A stretch of DNA of 63,746 bases, counting the filler, from Chiloscyllium plagiosum (lineage: Eukaryota): NCBI RefSeq assembly GCF_004010195.1. It is 3 parts of one record of this genome, joined end to end, with 100 filler letters (N's around TTAATTAATTAA, not from the genome) between each part and the next. Parts side by side here need not be neighbours in the genome. Positions count along the whole stretch, not along the records: positions 1 to 30,630 come from NC_057717.1; 2 more parts are not named here. The stretch is one strand, 5' to 3'. The translations under genes and the position numbers were made by a program. The notes below the pieces were generated by a model that saw only the letters and a program-made list of their open reading frames with translations, made no database searches and was not told the DNA's origin. Of this stretch, positions 1-12,772 are shown piece after piece (the stretch's first letter is position 1; each line of letters begins with the position of its first letter).

Positions 1-652
1 CTATCCTATCTACCTGCGACTCCACTTTGAAGGAGCTATGAACCTGCACTCCAAGGTATCTTTGTTCAACAACACTCCCTAGTACCTTACCATTATGTTT
101 ATAAGAAGACAATGCAGCATTTAAGCAAAAACGGCCAGGGCATAGTAGGCTATAGATCTTCAGGTGACTGGGAATAATGTACGTTGGTGTTTTCTGGCTG
201 GTGTAGATGTATTGGCCTGAAGGGCCTGTTTATATGCTGTATGACTATTACTTTAATTGTTGTCTCACTATTTCCATAGATTGTGAGCATCAAGTGGTGA
301 AGAATGCAATCTCCAAGGTCACACAGCACACCAACCTGAAGTTTTATCATTCTGCCTTCACTATCAAATGGATCAGAACCCCATTTCTCTCTGTGTAACA
401 TACCTGTTAGTGTTCCTGCACCACAGGAATCCCTGGGGTTTATCACCATATTCTGAATAGAAATTAAACGCAGACAACAGAATGCTGGCCTTGCTAATGA
501 AACTCACCTCACAACAAGAACTGAAAGGAATGAGCAGAATTAAAGTTATCCATTCGACCCAATCTAATTTTTAAAGTAGTTTCAAGGCAGGCTTTCACTT
601 TGCCCTATGCTCCTGACCTTTCTCCAATACCATGAAACGTCCCTAAGTGCTT

Positions 653-969
653 TTAGATTAGATTAGATTACTTACAGTGTGGAAACAGGCCCTTCGGCCC
701 AATACGTCCACACCGCCCCGCCGAAGCGCAACCCACCCATACCCCTACCTTTACCCCTTACCTAACACTACGGGCAATTTAGCATGGCCAATTCACCTGG
801 CCTGCACATCTTTGGACTGTGGGAGGAAACCGGAGCACCCGGAGGAAACCCACGCAGACACGGGGAGAACGTGCAAACTCCACACAGTCAGTCGCCTGAG
901 GCGGGAATTGAACCCGGGTCTCTGGCGCTGTGAGGCAGCAGTGCTAACCACCGTGCCACCGTGCCGCCC
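653..969 (-). mobile_element. HE1-type tRNA-derived V-SINE, full length, young
   Basis: Minus strand starts GGGCGGCACGGTGGCACGGTGGTTAGCAC (A box), has GGTTCAATTCC (B box), a V-domain core (TGTGGAGTTTGCACGTTCTCCCCGTGTCTGCGTGGGTTTCC) and a (TCTAA)n tail. Absent from the paralogous site near 21790. Confidence 0.92.
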
Positions 970-1579
970 ACTGTGCTGTATAAAAGTCACATATGGAAAC
1001 CTGCGCCCAATAATCTGAAAGGTAATGTCTCCATGTTCATGAGAATCATCTCATTTTTTTTCAGTATCTAAAGTCAACAGAAATGCAGAAACTAACATCA
1101 GGGGTAAGTCACCAATACAGCTCAGTCATGTGATAAGATCGTGGATGAGCTAATTGTGACATCAATCTCTCGATGTGGTCTCGCCACTACTCTGAAAAAC
1201 TGAAGAAAATCTTCCCTAATTTTGAATGTATTCTGTATCCGAAAATGCATACATTTATCTTACCACCCTCAAAACTTTATGCACATATAAAGTTTTTATT
1301 TTGTAATCCATGTGCCCAGTTCTTCTGCGCCTAAACCCAATCTCTTCATTGAAATAATACACTGCCTTTCAATTCAACCAGCCAACATCTTTGAGCACAC
1401 AGACAATACATTCTATGATGCTCCACACACCAATATTTTTCTGATCACTTGACCCACCTTAATCTCTTTATAGACTCAAGTCCTCTTCATATGATGCTTT
1501 TCTAACAGTTTCAAAAGTCTAAATTATGAACTTGTGACAATGCTAAAGTGTTTTGCAGTCCCATCACTCAGTTCCCAAA

Positions 1580-3545
1580 ACTCAAAGTCAGGACAGATGG
1601 TGGAGAATCTGTGTGGTAAGAACTGGGGAACGGCAAAGGTGAAAAACCATAGTTGGAGTTATGTCCAGGTCCACAAACCGTGGTTAGGAGCTGGGTCGGA
1701 CGTCAAATCAGGAGGTAGAAAAGATGTGTAGGAAAGGCAAAGTTACAGTGATTGGGAGGATTTCAATATGCAGCTGGACTGGGAAAATCAGGTTGGCAGT
1801 GGTTTGCAAGGAAAGGAATTTGTGGAATGTCTACGAGATGGTTTTTTGGAGCAGCTTATGGTGCAGGCAACGAGCGAACGGGCAATACCGGATTTAGTGT
1901 TGTGCAATGAGGCAGACTTGATAAGGGAGCTTAAGGTAAAGAAACCTTTATGAGGCAGTGATCATAATATCATTGAATCTACTCTTCAATTTGAGAGGGT
2001 GAAGATAGAATCAGAGTTAACAATATTACTGCTGAATAAAAGCAACTACAGAGGCATCAGGGAGGATCTGGGTTAAATTGACTGGGAGAGTAGGTTAGCA
2101 GGAAAGACAGTGGAACAGTAATGGCGGGTGTTTCCGGGAGTAATTCAGGAGACACAGCAGAGACTCATCCCAAGCTAAAAGAAGCATGGTATAGGGAGGA
2201 TGAGGCAACAATGGCTGACAGGGAACAGAGTTAGCGTAAAAGCAAAAGAGAAATCAGATAACATGGCAAATGGCAGTGGGAAACCAGAGGATTTGGAAGC
2301 TTACAAATACCAATAGAGGGCAACAAAATAAGAAATAGGAGGAAGAAAATTAAATATGAAGGTAAGCTAGCCAGAAATATAAAAGACTGTAACAGATTCT
2401 TTAGATACGTAAAGGGTAAAAGAGAGGCAGAAATGCTCATTGTTCGCGGAATACGACGCTGGAGATATAGTAATGGGGAACAAATAATGGCTGAGAAACT
2501 GAACAATTATTTCACGTCACATTTCACAGTGAAAGACACGAATAGTATCCCAAAAAATCAAGATAGCGAGGGTACAGAGCTTATTAGGAGAATTTGCTCG
2601 AAAAACTAAATGGGTAAATAAACTGGACCAACTGGACAATATCCCAGAGTTCCAAGGGAGATAGCTGAAGAAATAATGGAGACATTTGTGGTGATCTTTC
2701 ATGAATTTATAGAATCAGGGAGAGGCTCAAAAGACTAGAAAGTTGCTAAATTGGCAGTCTCTTTAAAAAGGGAATAAGGCAAAAGGCAGAAAGTGACAGA
2801 CCAATTAACCTAACCTCAGTCGTGTGTAAGATCCTAGAATCCATTGTGAAGGATGAGATTCTGAATACTTGCAAGTGAAATGTAAAATTGGGCAAAGTCA
2901 GTATGGTGTCATCAAGAGGACGTCATGCCTCATAAATTTGTAAAAGTTATTTGAGGATGCAACAAGCAAGTGAGACAAAGGAAAGCCAGTGAATATTATC
3001 CACCTGAAATTCAAGAGGGACTTTGGCAAGTGCCTCACAGGAGGCTGCTGAGTAAAATAAGGCCCCATTTTGTTCAAGGTAAGTTACTAGTGTGTGCAGA
3101 AGCTTGGCTGCCTGGCAGCAAGTAGAGAGTGGGGATAAAAAGGTCCTTCTTGGGATAGCAGCCGATGACAACTTGTGTTCCACATGGCTCAGTGTTGGGA
3201 CCACAACTTTTTACTTTGTGCATTAACGATCTACATTAAGAAACTGAGAGTATTCTGGATAGGTTTTTACATGATACAAAGGTAGATAAAGGGACAGGTA
3301 GCATTGAGGAGCCAGGGAGGCTGCAGAAGGATTTAGACAGGGTAGAAGAGTGGGCAAAGAAGTGGCAGATGGAGTTCATCTTTGGAAAACCTGAAGTGAT
3401 GCACTTTGTGAGGAGGGAGAGAGGCATGGACAATTTTATAAATGGGGAGAAAATTCAGAAGTCTGAACAGCAAAGAGAGTTGTGAGTTCTAGTACAGGAT
3501 TGTCTCAAGGTAAACTTGCAGGTTTAGTCAATAGTTAGGAAGGTG
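1580..3545 (+). mobile_element. Decayed CR1-clade LINE ORF2 (APE endonuclease + RT)
   Basis: GDFN-like endonuclease motif and 'EFVECLRDGFLEQL...LDLVLCNE' in ORF 1768-1953; RT motifs GSVLGP and 'DLDRVEEWAKKWQMEF'; many stops and frameshifts. Confidence 0.88.
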
Positions 3546-4230
3546 TTGCATCTGCTGCACAGTTTGCTTAAAGTCTTCCATTCAGCAAAAGAACTGAGTC
3601 AACTCTTACAAACAATAACATTTGTTTATTGAGCACACTCAATGTTAGTACAATAAAGTTTACTATAAAGTAATGACAAATACTGCAAACTGTCTTATGT
3701 TTTAACTTAACTTTGACTGATTGTGTACCACCACACTAGAACTTGGCCGGGCTCCACGTGGTGATGCCTTCTTACTCTTCCGATGGTCTTGGAGTTGTTA
3801 TTTTATCTCAGTGATTATTCTCCAGTTGCCGCACTCTGTGGGGTTTTGAGGTGATTCTTATCCTTCTAAGTCTTCAAGCCCTTGGGAGGGTATGGAAGAT
3901 CTTCCAATGGAATGATCAAGTTCATTTAACCAGATCAATCAGACTCAACCAGGGGTTGGCATTATTGATGGCCCAAGGGCGACATTCCATTGTACCATTC
4001 AAGTCCAATTTCAGGTGGGTATTGCAGGGTCTGTAGCTGTCAGGTTTTCTTTGCAAACCGTCTGTGGGGAGCTGCAGCCTGTCTGCAGCCTGTCTGCAGC
4101 ATATGGATTAGCAGAGAGTTTCCCAGCTTGCTTTAATCATTGTTCATTTTTAGAACCTCGTGGTAAGTTTATTAATGTCCATCATATGTTCATTGTTCTT
4201 GGTGGCCTATCCGGTCAGAAAGACAATTAC
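3546..4230. mobile_element. ~0.7-kb insertion interrupting the CR1, possibly a solo LTR
   Basis: CR1 homology stops near 3545 and resumes near 4232 (LEY-S...YKALIRPYLEY). The insert starts near TGTTG and has a minus-strand AATAAA at ~3625. Family not recognised. Confidence 0.4.
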
Positions 4231-4231
4231 C

Positions 4232-4502
4232 GCGATGGTATTTATTTTGAGATGACTTGAATATTAAAGCAGGGTAGCATTTATGAGGTTTTACAAGGCT
4301 CTGATCAGACCATATTTGGAGTATTTTGCAATAGCATTATTTAAGATATATCTAGACAGATACAAGAATGGGCAGGTAGCAAAGGGATACAGGCCCTCAG
4401 AAAATATGCGACAGATTTAGACAGAGGATCTGGATTGGTGCAGGCTTGGAGGGCTAAAGGGCCTGCTCCTGCGCTGGAATTTTCTTTGTTCTTCGTTCTT
4501 TA
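4232..4502 (+). mobile_element. CR1 3' end fragment
   Basis: 'YKALIRPYLEY'-like translation, an AAAGGGCCTG 3' motif and a simple (TTGTTC/TTCG) tail. Confidence 0.75.
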
Positions 4503-6482
4503 TTTTTCATTCTAAAAATTGCAAGTTTTCAACTTATTGTATGTTACAATTTAATAACATAAGCCATTTATTTATTTGACAGTGCATGTTAAATTATTGT
4601 CATTTCTAAATTAGAGTCAGAGAGTCATAGAGATGTACAGCATGGAAACAGGCCCTTTGGTGCAACTCGGCCATGCCGACCAGATATCACAACTCAAACT
4701 AGTCTCACCTGCCAGGACCCGGGCCATATCCCACAACCCCTTCCAATTTATATACCCATCAGATGCCTTTTAAATATTGCAATTGTACCAGCCTCCACCA
4801 TTTGCTCTGGCAGCTCATTCCATACACGTACCACCCTCTGCGTGTAAAAGTTGCCCCTCCAGTCTCTTTTATATCTTTCCTCTTTCACACTAAACCTCTG
4901 CCCTCTAGTTCTGGACTCCCCCACATCAGGGAGAACACCTTGTCTATTTATCCTAACCATGTCTCTCATGATTTTATAAACCTCAATAAGGTCACCCCTC
5001 AGCCTCCAACACTCCAGGGAAAAATGCCCAAGCCTATTCAGGCTCTCCTTACAGCTCAAATGCTCCAACCCTGGCAACCTCCTTGTAAATCTTATCTGAA
5101 CCTTTTCAAGTTTCACAACTTCCTTCCGATAGGAAGGAGACCAGAATTGTACGCAATATTCCAAAAGAGCCCTCACCAACTTCCTGTACAGCCACAACAT
5201 GACCTTCCTACTCCTGTAATCAATACTCTGACCAATAAAGGAAAGCATACGAACGTCTTCTTCACTATCTTATCTATCTATGACTCTACTTTCAAGGGGA
5301 ACCTGTACTCCAAGGTCTCTTTGGTCAGCAAAACGCCCTAGGACAACACCATTAGGAGTATAACTCCTGCTAAGATTTGGTTTCCCAAAATGCAACACCT
5401 CACATTAATGTAAATTAAACTCCATCTGCCAGTCCTCAGCCCATTGGCCCATCTGATCCTGTTGCAATCCGAGGTAATCTTTTTTGCTGTTCTCTACACC
5501 TCCAATTTTGGTGTTGTCTATAAACTTACTAATTATACCTCTTATGCTCACATTCAAATCATTTATATAAATGATGAAAAGTATTGGACCCAGCAACGAT
5601 CCTTGTGGCACTCCACTGGTCACGGGCCTCCTGTCTGTAAAACAACCCTCCACCACCATCCTCTGCCTTCTACCTTTGAGCCATTTCTGGATCCAAATGG
5701 CTAGTTCTCCCTGTATTCCATGAGATCTAACCTTGCTAATCAATCTTCCATGGGGAACCTTGTCGAACAACTTACTGAAGTTCAAATAAATCATATCGAC
5801 CACTCTGTTCCCATCAATGATCATTGTTACTTTTGCTAAAAATTCAAAGAAGGTTGTGAGACATGATTTCCCACTCACAAAGCCACGCTGACTATCCCTA
5901 CTCGGTCCTTGCCTTTCGAAATACATGTACATCCTGTCCCTCAGGATTCCCTCCAACAATTTGCCCACCACCACTGTCAGGCTCACTGGTCTATAGTTCC
6001 CTGGCTTGTCCTTACCAACTTTCTTAAACATTGGCACCACATTCGCCAACCTCCAGTCTTCTGGCACCTCACCTATGACTATCAATTATACAAATATCTC
6101 TGTAACAGGCCCAGCAATCCGTTCCCTGGCTTCCCACAGAGTTCTCTGTACACCTGATTAGGTTCCGGGGATTTATCCACTTTTATACGTTTCAAGACAT
6201 CCAGCACATCCTCTTCTGTAATATGAACATTTTTGTAGATGTCACCATTTACTTCCCTACATTCTATATCTTCCATGTCCTTTCCAACAGTAAACATTGA
6301 TGCAAAATACTCATTTAGTATCGCCCCCAACTCCTGCATTCCACACAAAGGCCTCCAAACTGATCTTTGAGGGGCACTATTCTTTCCCTATTTACCCTTG
6401 GATTTTCCTTAATTCTATTTGCCAATGTTATCTCATGTCCTCTTTTTGACCTCCTGATTTTCCTCTTAAGTGTACTCATATT

Positions 6483-7237
6483 ATACTCAATGTATTCAAG
6501 AAGATCGGATACTCAAAAAATACAGTGCGCAGATTCCTCAAGAACAAACCATGACAAGCAGACCAAACACAGCCAGAAACCCTAACCACCTTACCGTACA
6601 TCAAAGATGTTTCAGAAATGACAGCCGACTACTGAGACCCCTCGGAATCCTAGTAGCATACAAACCCACCAACACTCTCTAACACAAACTTAAAAGACCC
6701 AGTACAACCCATGGACAAAACCTACGTCATCTATAAAATTCCATGCAAGGACTGCCACAAGCACTACATAGGACAAACAGGAAGAAAGTTAGCCACCAGG
6801 ATACACGAACACCAGCTAGCCTCAAAAAGACACGACCCTCTCTCCCTCGTAGCCCTACACACGAATGAAAAAAAAACACCATTTCGACTGGGACAACACT
6901 TTTATCCTGTGACAGGCCAAGCAAAGACATGCCAGAAAATTCTTAGAGGCCTGGCACTCCAACCACAATGCCATAAACAACCACATAGATCTAGATACCA
7001 TCGATCAACCCCTCTGAAAATGAACAGGAAATGACATCACCACAAACCCCACGAACCCCATCCAGGACAAACATATAAATAGAAAGCAGGAGACAACAGC
7101 TTCGCTTCACTTGGAGGTCGCCACTGATGATGTTACCTAGCCAGGTAATGAAACGTCAGAATATCAAACCTATAGCTCAGCGAGCAAACCTCCATCTTAA
7201 ACCTCAACCTGAGCTACAAACCTTCACAAACCTTGCA
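6483..7237 (+). mobile_element. Penelope-like element, 5'-truncated (RT C-terminus, GIY-YIG endonuclease, terminal repeat)
   Basis: 'TLPYIKDVSE', 'LLRPLGILVAYKPTNTL', GIY-YIG 'VIYKIPCKDCHKHYIGQTGRKLATRIHEH'. Flanked by an imperfect 12-bp duplication (6471-6482 TGTACTCATATT; 7238-7249 TATATTCATATT); the paralog has a single TATACTCATATT near 25794. Confidence 0.93.
7121..7160 (+). ncRNA. Minimal type I hammerhead ribozyme motif in the Penelope terminal repeat
   Basis: CTGATGA-T-GTTACCT-AGCC-AGGTAAT-GAAA-CGTC: both core boxes, a 7-bp stem II and a palindromic ACGT stem III. Stem I is weak in this copy. Confidence 0.78.
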
Positions 7238-8067
7238 TATATTCATATTGCCTTTTGTACTCTTCTAAGGGTTCACTCGATCTATCTTGTCTGTATCTGA
7301 TATATGGTCCCTTCTTTTTCTTAACCAGACCCTCAATTTCTTTAGCCATCCTGCATTCCCTATACCTACCAACCTTTCCTTTCACCGTAACAGGAATATA
7401 CTGTCTCTGGACTCTCGTTACCTAATTTCTGAATGCTTCCCACTTTCCAGCTGCCCTTTTATCTGCAAACATCTGCCCCCAGTCAGCTTTTAAAAGTTCT
7501 TGCCTAATATCATCAAAATTAGCCTAACTCCAATTTAGAACTTCAACTTTTAGATCAGGCCCATCAGTTTCCATCACTATTTTAAAACTAATAGAATTGT
7601 TGACAAACAGCTGAAGCTCACACACTTCAGAGAGAATTATATCGATTGATTATATATAAATGTGTCAGAATGATAATTCTATCGATTGTTCAATCGTTTG
7701 CTCACTCTGAATGTGCAATCAGTCAGAGGTTAACCACTTTGTAAATGATATAGCGACAATGTTGTTGGGTGTTTACATTTTAGTTCCTTCAATATAAAAC
7801 CAACTTAATTGTTTTCAGGGATGATGCAATTATTGTTCAGTTGAATAATTGTAGTTCATATCTCATCATTGCCCAATTCACAAACATGGCTAACTCCTGA
7901 TTATTGTTCAGGTCAGTAAACCCACCACGTTGCAATCAGGCACGTGCTACTAAACCTCACAGCTGCCTGTGACACTGAGTGAGATACAGGCCTGATCCAG
8001 ATTCTGACCAGAAAGATTCCAAACTGGGTCAGGAAAATCAGGAGGTCGGCGTGGAGGCGGAGACGCA

Positions 8068-8174
8068 TGAAACGTCGATTCTCCTGCTCCTTGGATGCTG
8101 CCTAACCTGCTACACTTTTCCAGCAACACATTATTCAGCTCTGATCTCCAGCAGCTGCAGTCCTCACTTTCTCC
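8068..8174 (+). mobile_element. Short Penelope-terminal-repeat-like element, hammerhead 5' half missing
   Basis: GAAACGTCGATTCTCCTGCTCC..GGATGCTGCCT.ACCTGCT..CAGC..CTGCAGTCCTCACTTTCTCC, same family as 8264-8395. Confidence 0.7.
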
Positions 8175-8263
8175 TCAGGACAATCATTCAAACATTACTT
8201 CAAAGTAAATCATTTGGATTCCACCTTGGGCAGGAGGAAACTAGCCAACAGGCTATCAGTCAT

Positions 8264-8395
8264 CATTCCTGATGAAGGGCTTTTGCCCGAAACGCCGACT
8301 TTCCTGCACCTCGGATGCTGCCTGACCTGCTGTGCTCTTCCAGCACCGCTCTAATCTAGACTCTGGTTTCTAGCATCTGCAGTCCTTGTTTTTAA
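8264..8395 (+). mobile_element. Short dispersed element headed by a minimal hammerhead motif
   Basis: CTGATGA-A-GGGC-TTTT-GCCC-GAAAC-GCC at 8269-8296 (cleavage triplet mutated), followed by the family body. Confidence 0.75.
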
Positions 8396-8964
8396 CCTAT
8401 CAATGTTATCAGTGCAGTTAGAAATACTGTCAAAATTAGATATTAATGTTTGATCAGGAACCAGGTCTTACAAATTCATCTTCAGTCAGAGCATGACCCG
8501 GAGAGCATTGTCTGGACATGGAGTGTTCCACATACTTCCTACATCTGTTCCCTGGTCCAGACGCTGTGTGAAAATGTTCACAATTGACAGCTTTCTGCAG
8601 CATTTTGTGTCTCACAGTGAATCCTCTGAAATTATATCCAATAAATGTACCTTCACATTCACCAGTATCAAAATAAAATTGTACATGTCTGTGGATGGTC
8701 AGATATTAATACATTGGTCACCAAACAGAATGTATCTGAAGAAACCAGGAGCTAATGACAAACCAAAAATCAGTTTAATAACTAAACTTGGTGGATTTTG
8801 TCTGGTCGAGGTAACCACACATATTGTGCTGGCACTCAGCTGATTGTAACCATGCACACCATAACTGGAAGTCTTGGCCTCACGCCCCTTCCAGCTTCCT
8901 GACCTCACACACCTCACTCCCTCACACATTCACCAACTGATGAGAATCCACCAGCTGAGAGAAA

Positions 8965-10500
8965 CTTGGAACATGGAACAGTACAGCACAATAAGGGCCA
9001 TTCAGCCCTCAATACCTTGCCGTCCTTTTATCCTACTCTAAGATCAGACTGACCTACATAACCTTCAATGCACTAGCTTCCATGTGCCTATTCAAGAGTC
9101 TTCTTAATTATCCCTAATGTGTCTGACACTACTTCTATCACTGGCGGTGCATTCCAACCCCACCATACTCTGTGTAAAGCAGCTACCTCTGACATCATCC
9201 CTAAACCTTCCTCCAATCACCTTAAAATTATGCTCCTTGTGGACAGCCATTTCTGCCATGGGAAAAGACTCTGGCTATCCAATCTTTGTCTCTGAACATT
9301 TGTACACCTCTATCAAGTCAGCTGTCATTCATCTTCGTTCCAGGGAGAAAAGCCCTAGCTCCCTCAAACTTTCTTCCTAAGACATGTCCTTCAGTCCAGG
9401 CAGCATCCTGGTAAATCTCCTCTGCACACTCTCTGAGGCCTCCACATGTTTCCTATGCTGAGGCTACCAGATCTGAACACAAAATTCCAAGTGTGGTTGA
9501 ACCACAGCTTTATTGACCTTAGCATTAACCTCGTCGCTCTTAAATTCAATTCCCCATAATGAAAGCCAAAACGCCATACACCTTCTTAACAACCTTATCA
9601 ACTTGGGTGACAATTTTGTGGGATCTATGGACATGGACCCAAGAACCCTCTGTTTCTCCCCATTGCTAAGAATTCTGCATTTAACCCTGCATTCTGTATT
9701 CAAATGCAACCTTCTAAAACAAATCACTTCACACTTTATAAGGTTGAACTTTATCTGCCACTTATTAGCCCAGCACTGCATCCTGTCAATGTTCTGTTGC
9801 AATCTACAACAGCCCTCCACACTATCCACAACTCCATCAATCTGCATGTCTTCGGTAAACTTACTAACTCACCATTCCACTTCCTCATCAAAGTCATTTA
9901 TAAAAATCACAAACAGCACAGGTCCCAGAGCCGATCCCTGTGGAACACCACTGGTCACTGACCTCCAGGCTGAATACTTTCCATCTGCTACCATCCTCTG
10001 TCTTTTATGGGCCAGCCACACCCGTATCCAGACAGCCAAATTTCCCTGCGTCCCATTCCTCCTCAACTTCTGAATGAGCCTACAACGGGGAGCCGAATCA
10101 AACGCCTTGCTAAAATTCATGTTCACCACATCTACTGGTCTACCTTCATTAACATGATTTTTTACATCTTCATATAATTCAGTAAGGTTTGTAAGGCATG
10201 ACCTGCTCCTCAAAAAGCCATGCTGACTATCTCTAATCAAATTATCATTTTCTAAGTAATTGTAAATCCTGTCTCTCAGAAGCATCTCCAATACTTTGCC
10301 CACCACTGAAGTAAGACTGACTGTTTGGTCATTCCCAGGGTTATCCCTATTCCCTTCCCTGAACAAGGGAATAACATTTGCCACACTCCAATCATCTGGC
10401 ACCACTCTAGTTGACAGTGAAGACACAACGATCATCACCAATCTCTTCCATCACTTCCTGGAGTAACCTCGTGTGTACCCTATCTGGCCCAGGGAAGGTT
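8965..10500 (-). mobile_element. Decayed CR1-clade LINE (RT and 3' end)
   Basis: ORF 9869-10441 ([31 protein letters not shown]) and 9464-9847 (QPHLEFCVQIW); GGAACAT tail repeat. Confidence 0.9.
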
Positions 10501-10661
10501 TGTACTTCAAACAGTTTGTACTTCCACTCAACTTGTCTACACCCTGTCCAACCAACTGATTGACTGCTTTCCATTTCAGTGCAATATAATAGTGCTGCCT
10601 TCCTAAGCAAGTACGGTTTCCAATGTCCTTCGAATCACAGAATAAAAAAATGCACCAATCC

Positions 10662-10791
10662 CTTCCTGATAAAGAGCTCATTCTCAATCCATTGAATCTC
10701 CTGCTCTTGGGATGCTGCCTGATTTGCTGTGCATTTCCAGCACCACATTGTTCGACTCTGATCTCTATCAACTGCAGTCCTCACTTTCTCC
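10662..10791 (+). mobile_element. Degenerate copy of the hammerhead-headed short element
   Basis: TTCCTGATAAAGAGCTC...CTCCTGCTC..GGATGCTGCCTGA...CTGCAGTCCTCACTTTCTCC; paralog at 29593-29723. Confidence 0.65.
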
Positions 10792-11039
10792 ATTACTGAG
10801 GGCTGTCCCCTCTACATACTGAGCAGGAAATTAACCATCAGGACTCAATGTATGTGGAGCTGACTGCTCAGTTCTGGAAAGTTGCACTTGATAAATACAT
10901 TTTTAAAAAGAAATTACAATTCAACAAATAGTCATTCAGTCCTAGAGTTACAATTTTGGTTCATGGTTTGGGCAGCCTAGTAATAAATAGTGAATGATTG
11001 AGGAACTCCGAGATACAGAGTATTCCAGGTGTTATAATC

Positions 11040-11435
11040 CAGCTTATGTTAATGCTGGGAGCATTATCAGACAGACTGATGTGTTAATGGCATGAATTGA
11101 CATGTGAGGTGGAACATTTTTGCCATCACAGAGACGTGTTTGAGGGAGATCAGGACTAACAACTCAATATTCCTCTGTACTGGAACTACAGACAGGACGG
11201 GAGAGGGTGTTGAAGAGGAGGTGGTATTGCATTATTAATTAAGGAACAGTTACTGCAGGAAGGAGGGACGATATCTTGGAAGTGTATTCATATGAGGGTT
11301 TATGGGTCGAGGTTAGTGTCAAAATGATGACAAACACACTGCTGGGAATATTTTATAGAGCCCCAGGAAGATGAAAATTCAGGGAGCAGATATATAAACA
11401 ATTCACTGAGGTACGTGAAATCAAATTCACTGAGG
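11040..11435 (+). mobile_element. CR1 ORF2 N-terminal endonuclease fragment
   Basis: 'AITETCLRE..QLNIP...RGGGIALLIKE' translation with stops. Confidence 0.7.
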
Positions 11436-11441
11436 TGTGAA

Positions 11442-11646
11442 GGAAAGCAGAGATATTAAAGCAAGGCTGGAGATATTACAGAGACAGGAAAGCAAGGCTG
11501 GAGATGTGACAGAGAGAGAGGAAAGCAAGGCTGGAGATGTTACAGAGAGAGAGGAAAGCAAGGCTAGAGATGTTACAGAAAGAGAGGAAAGCAAGGCTAG
11601 AGATGTTACAGAGTGAGGAAAGCAAGGCTGGAGATGTTACAGAGAT
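11442..11646 (+). repeat. 31-33-bp minisatellite (GAAAGCAAGGCTGGAGATGTTACAGAGAGAG), ~6 copies
   Basis: Direct tandem copies; paralogous arrays at 30351-30630 and 38155-39170. Confidence 0.92.
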
Positions 11647-12559
11647 AGTGTGACCTGTGCATGCTAGACTAGGTTAGCGAGATATTTTTAAATTCATTTA
11701 CAGAATATGGGGAAAGATGAAGCAGCTGAAGATTAGAGAGATAGGGACGGGTGTAGGGGCTGGCCGAATTTACAGCGATAGATGGTTCTAGAGTAAGAGA
11801 TAAAGATTGTAGTGATACGGTGGGTTACTGAGATACAAATGAATGTTGCAACTGGAGCAGATGACAGGGAAAGAAACAGAAATACACATAGTTTAAAAAC
11901 GGAATTATAAAATGTCTTTATGGAGAAAATATTGTAGAAATCTGTGGAATAGACAAGGCACTTGGAGGAACTGACGGAGTGAGACCTTGGACTGTCAAAC
12001 CACAAGAGTCATAGAGTGGGTGTCATACAGCACAGAAGAGGCCCTTCGATTGATCGTGACAAAAAATTAAAAGCCCTGCAGACCCTGGAAATCCCTCCTC
12101 CCTAACATCTGGGGGCTAGGGCTAAATGTGGGCGAGGCGTCCTACAGACTCCTCAAGCAACAATGTGTCATAACAAAACCTCATTGTGTCAGATAAAACA
12201 GTGATACGGAAACCTGCTGACTCCCTTCCCTCAGCTGATGGATTAGTGTCCCTCTACTGGAAGCCCTGAGAGAGTGACAAAGCTGGAGAAGATATACTGT
12301 GTGGGCCATTTCAAAACCACCTCCCAGAGGGGCTCAGCAGCAGCATTGCTCATCAAGACGGTCGGGTCCAAAAGGACATAGCTGCAAGATTGGGTCTGCA
12401 CTGAGTGGGAAGGGAACGACTGAGAGGGAGAAACATTCTTGACCTTATCTTCACCAACCTACCGGCTGCAGGCACATTGATCGATGACCGTATTGGGAAA
12501 GGTGACTACCACACACAGTATTTCTATAGACAAAGTCCCGATTTTTCATTGTGAATTTT

Positions 12560-12772
12560 GTGAGTGTGAGAGTGTGAGAGTGTGAGTGACAGAGAGAGAG
12601 AGTGAGAGTGAGAGAGAGAGAGTGAGAGAGTGAGACAGTGAGAGTCAGAGTGAAAGAGTCAGAGTGAGAGAGTGAAAGAATGTGAGAGTGAGTAAGTGTG
12701 ATTGTGTTTGTGATTGTGAGAGTGAGTATGAGAATGACAGTGAGAGTGAGAGTGTGAGTGTGAGTGTGAGAG
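12560..12772. repeat. Compound (GA)n/(GT)n/(GAGT)n microsatellite
   Basis: Visible low-complexity tract. Confidence 0.95.

Larger units (their letters stand above)
4612..7598 (-). mobile_element. CR1/HER1-type LINE, 5'-truncated, interrupted by a Penelope insertion
   Basis: ORFs 5405-6085 ([34 protein letters not shown]) and 4748-5248 (LEYCVQFWSP, RLRGDLIEVYK, QRVVRVWNELP); 3' tail repeat AGAGTCATAGAG at ~4612-4632. Confidence 0.93.
1..11646 (+). repeat. Segmental duplication block A (copy 1)
   Basis: Colinear with 21139-30630 across both unique and TE-derived sequence (position 1 CTATCCTATCTACCTGCG = 21139). Confidence 0.95.

Noticed and set aside
890..969. tRNA gene-like A/B boxes (also 17443, 36050, 42370)
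   Set aside because: They are SINE heads followed by SINE bodies, not cloverleaf tRNA genes.
8593..8640. CACAGTG heptamers as V(D)J recombination signals (also 15489, 34061, 41146, 62031)
   Set aside because: At the sites examined closely (8593, 41146) there is no ACAAAAACC-like nonamer at 12/23 spacing, and none has a convincing adjacent V, D or J segment.
8493..8843. ~116-aa ORF open in both duplicate copies (27145-27513)
   Set aside because: N-termini differ, paralog differences are mostly non-synonymous (F/L, E/D, S/R, MS/LP, N/K) and no domain is recognisable.
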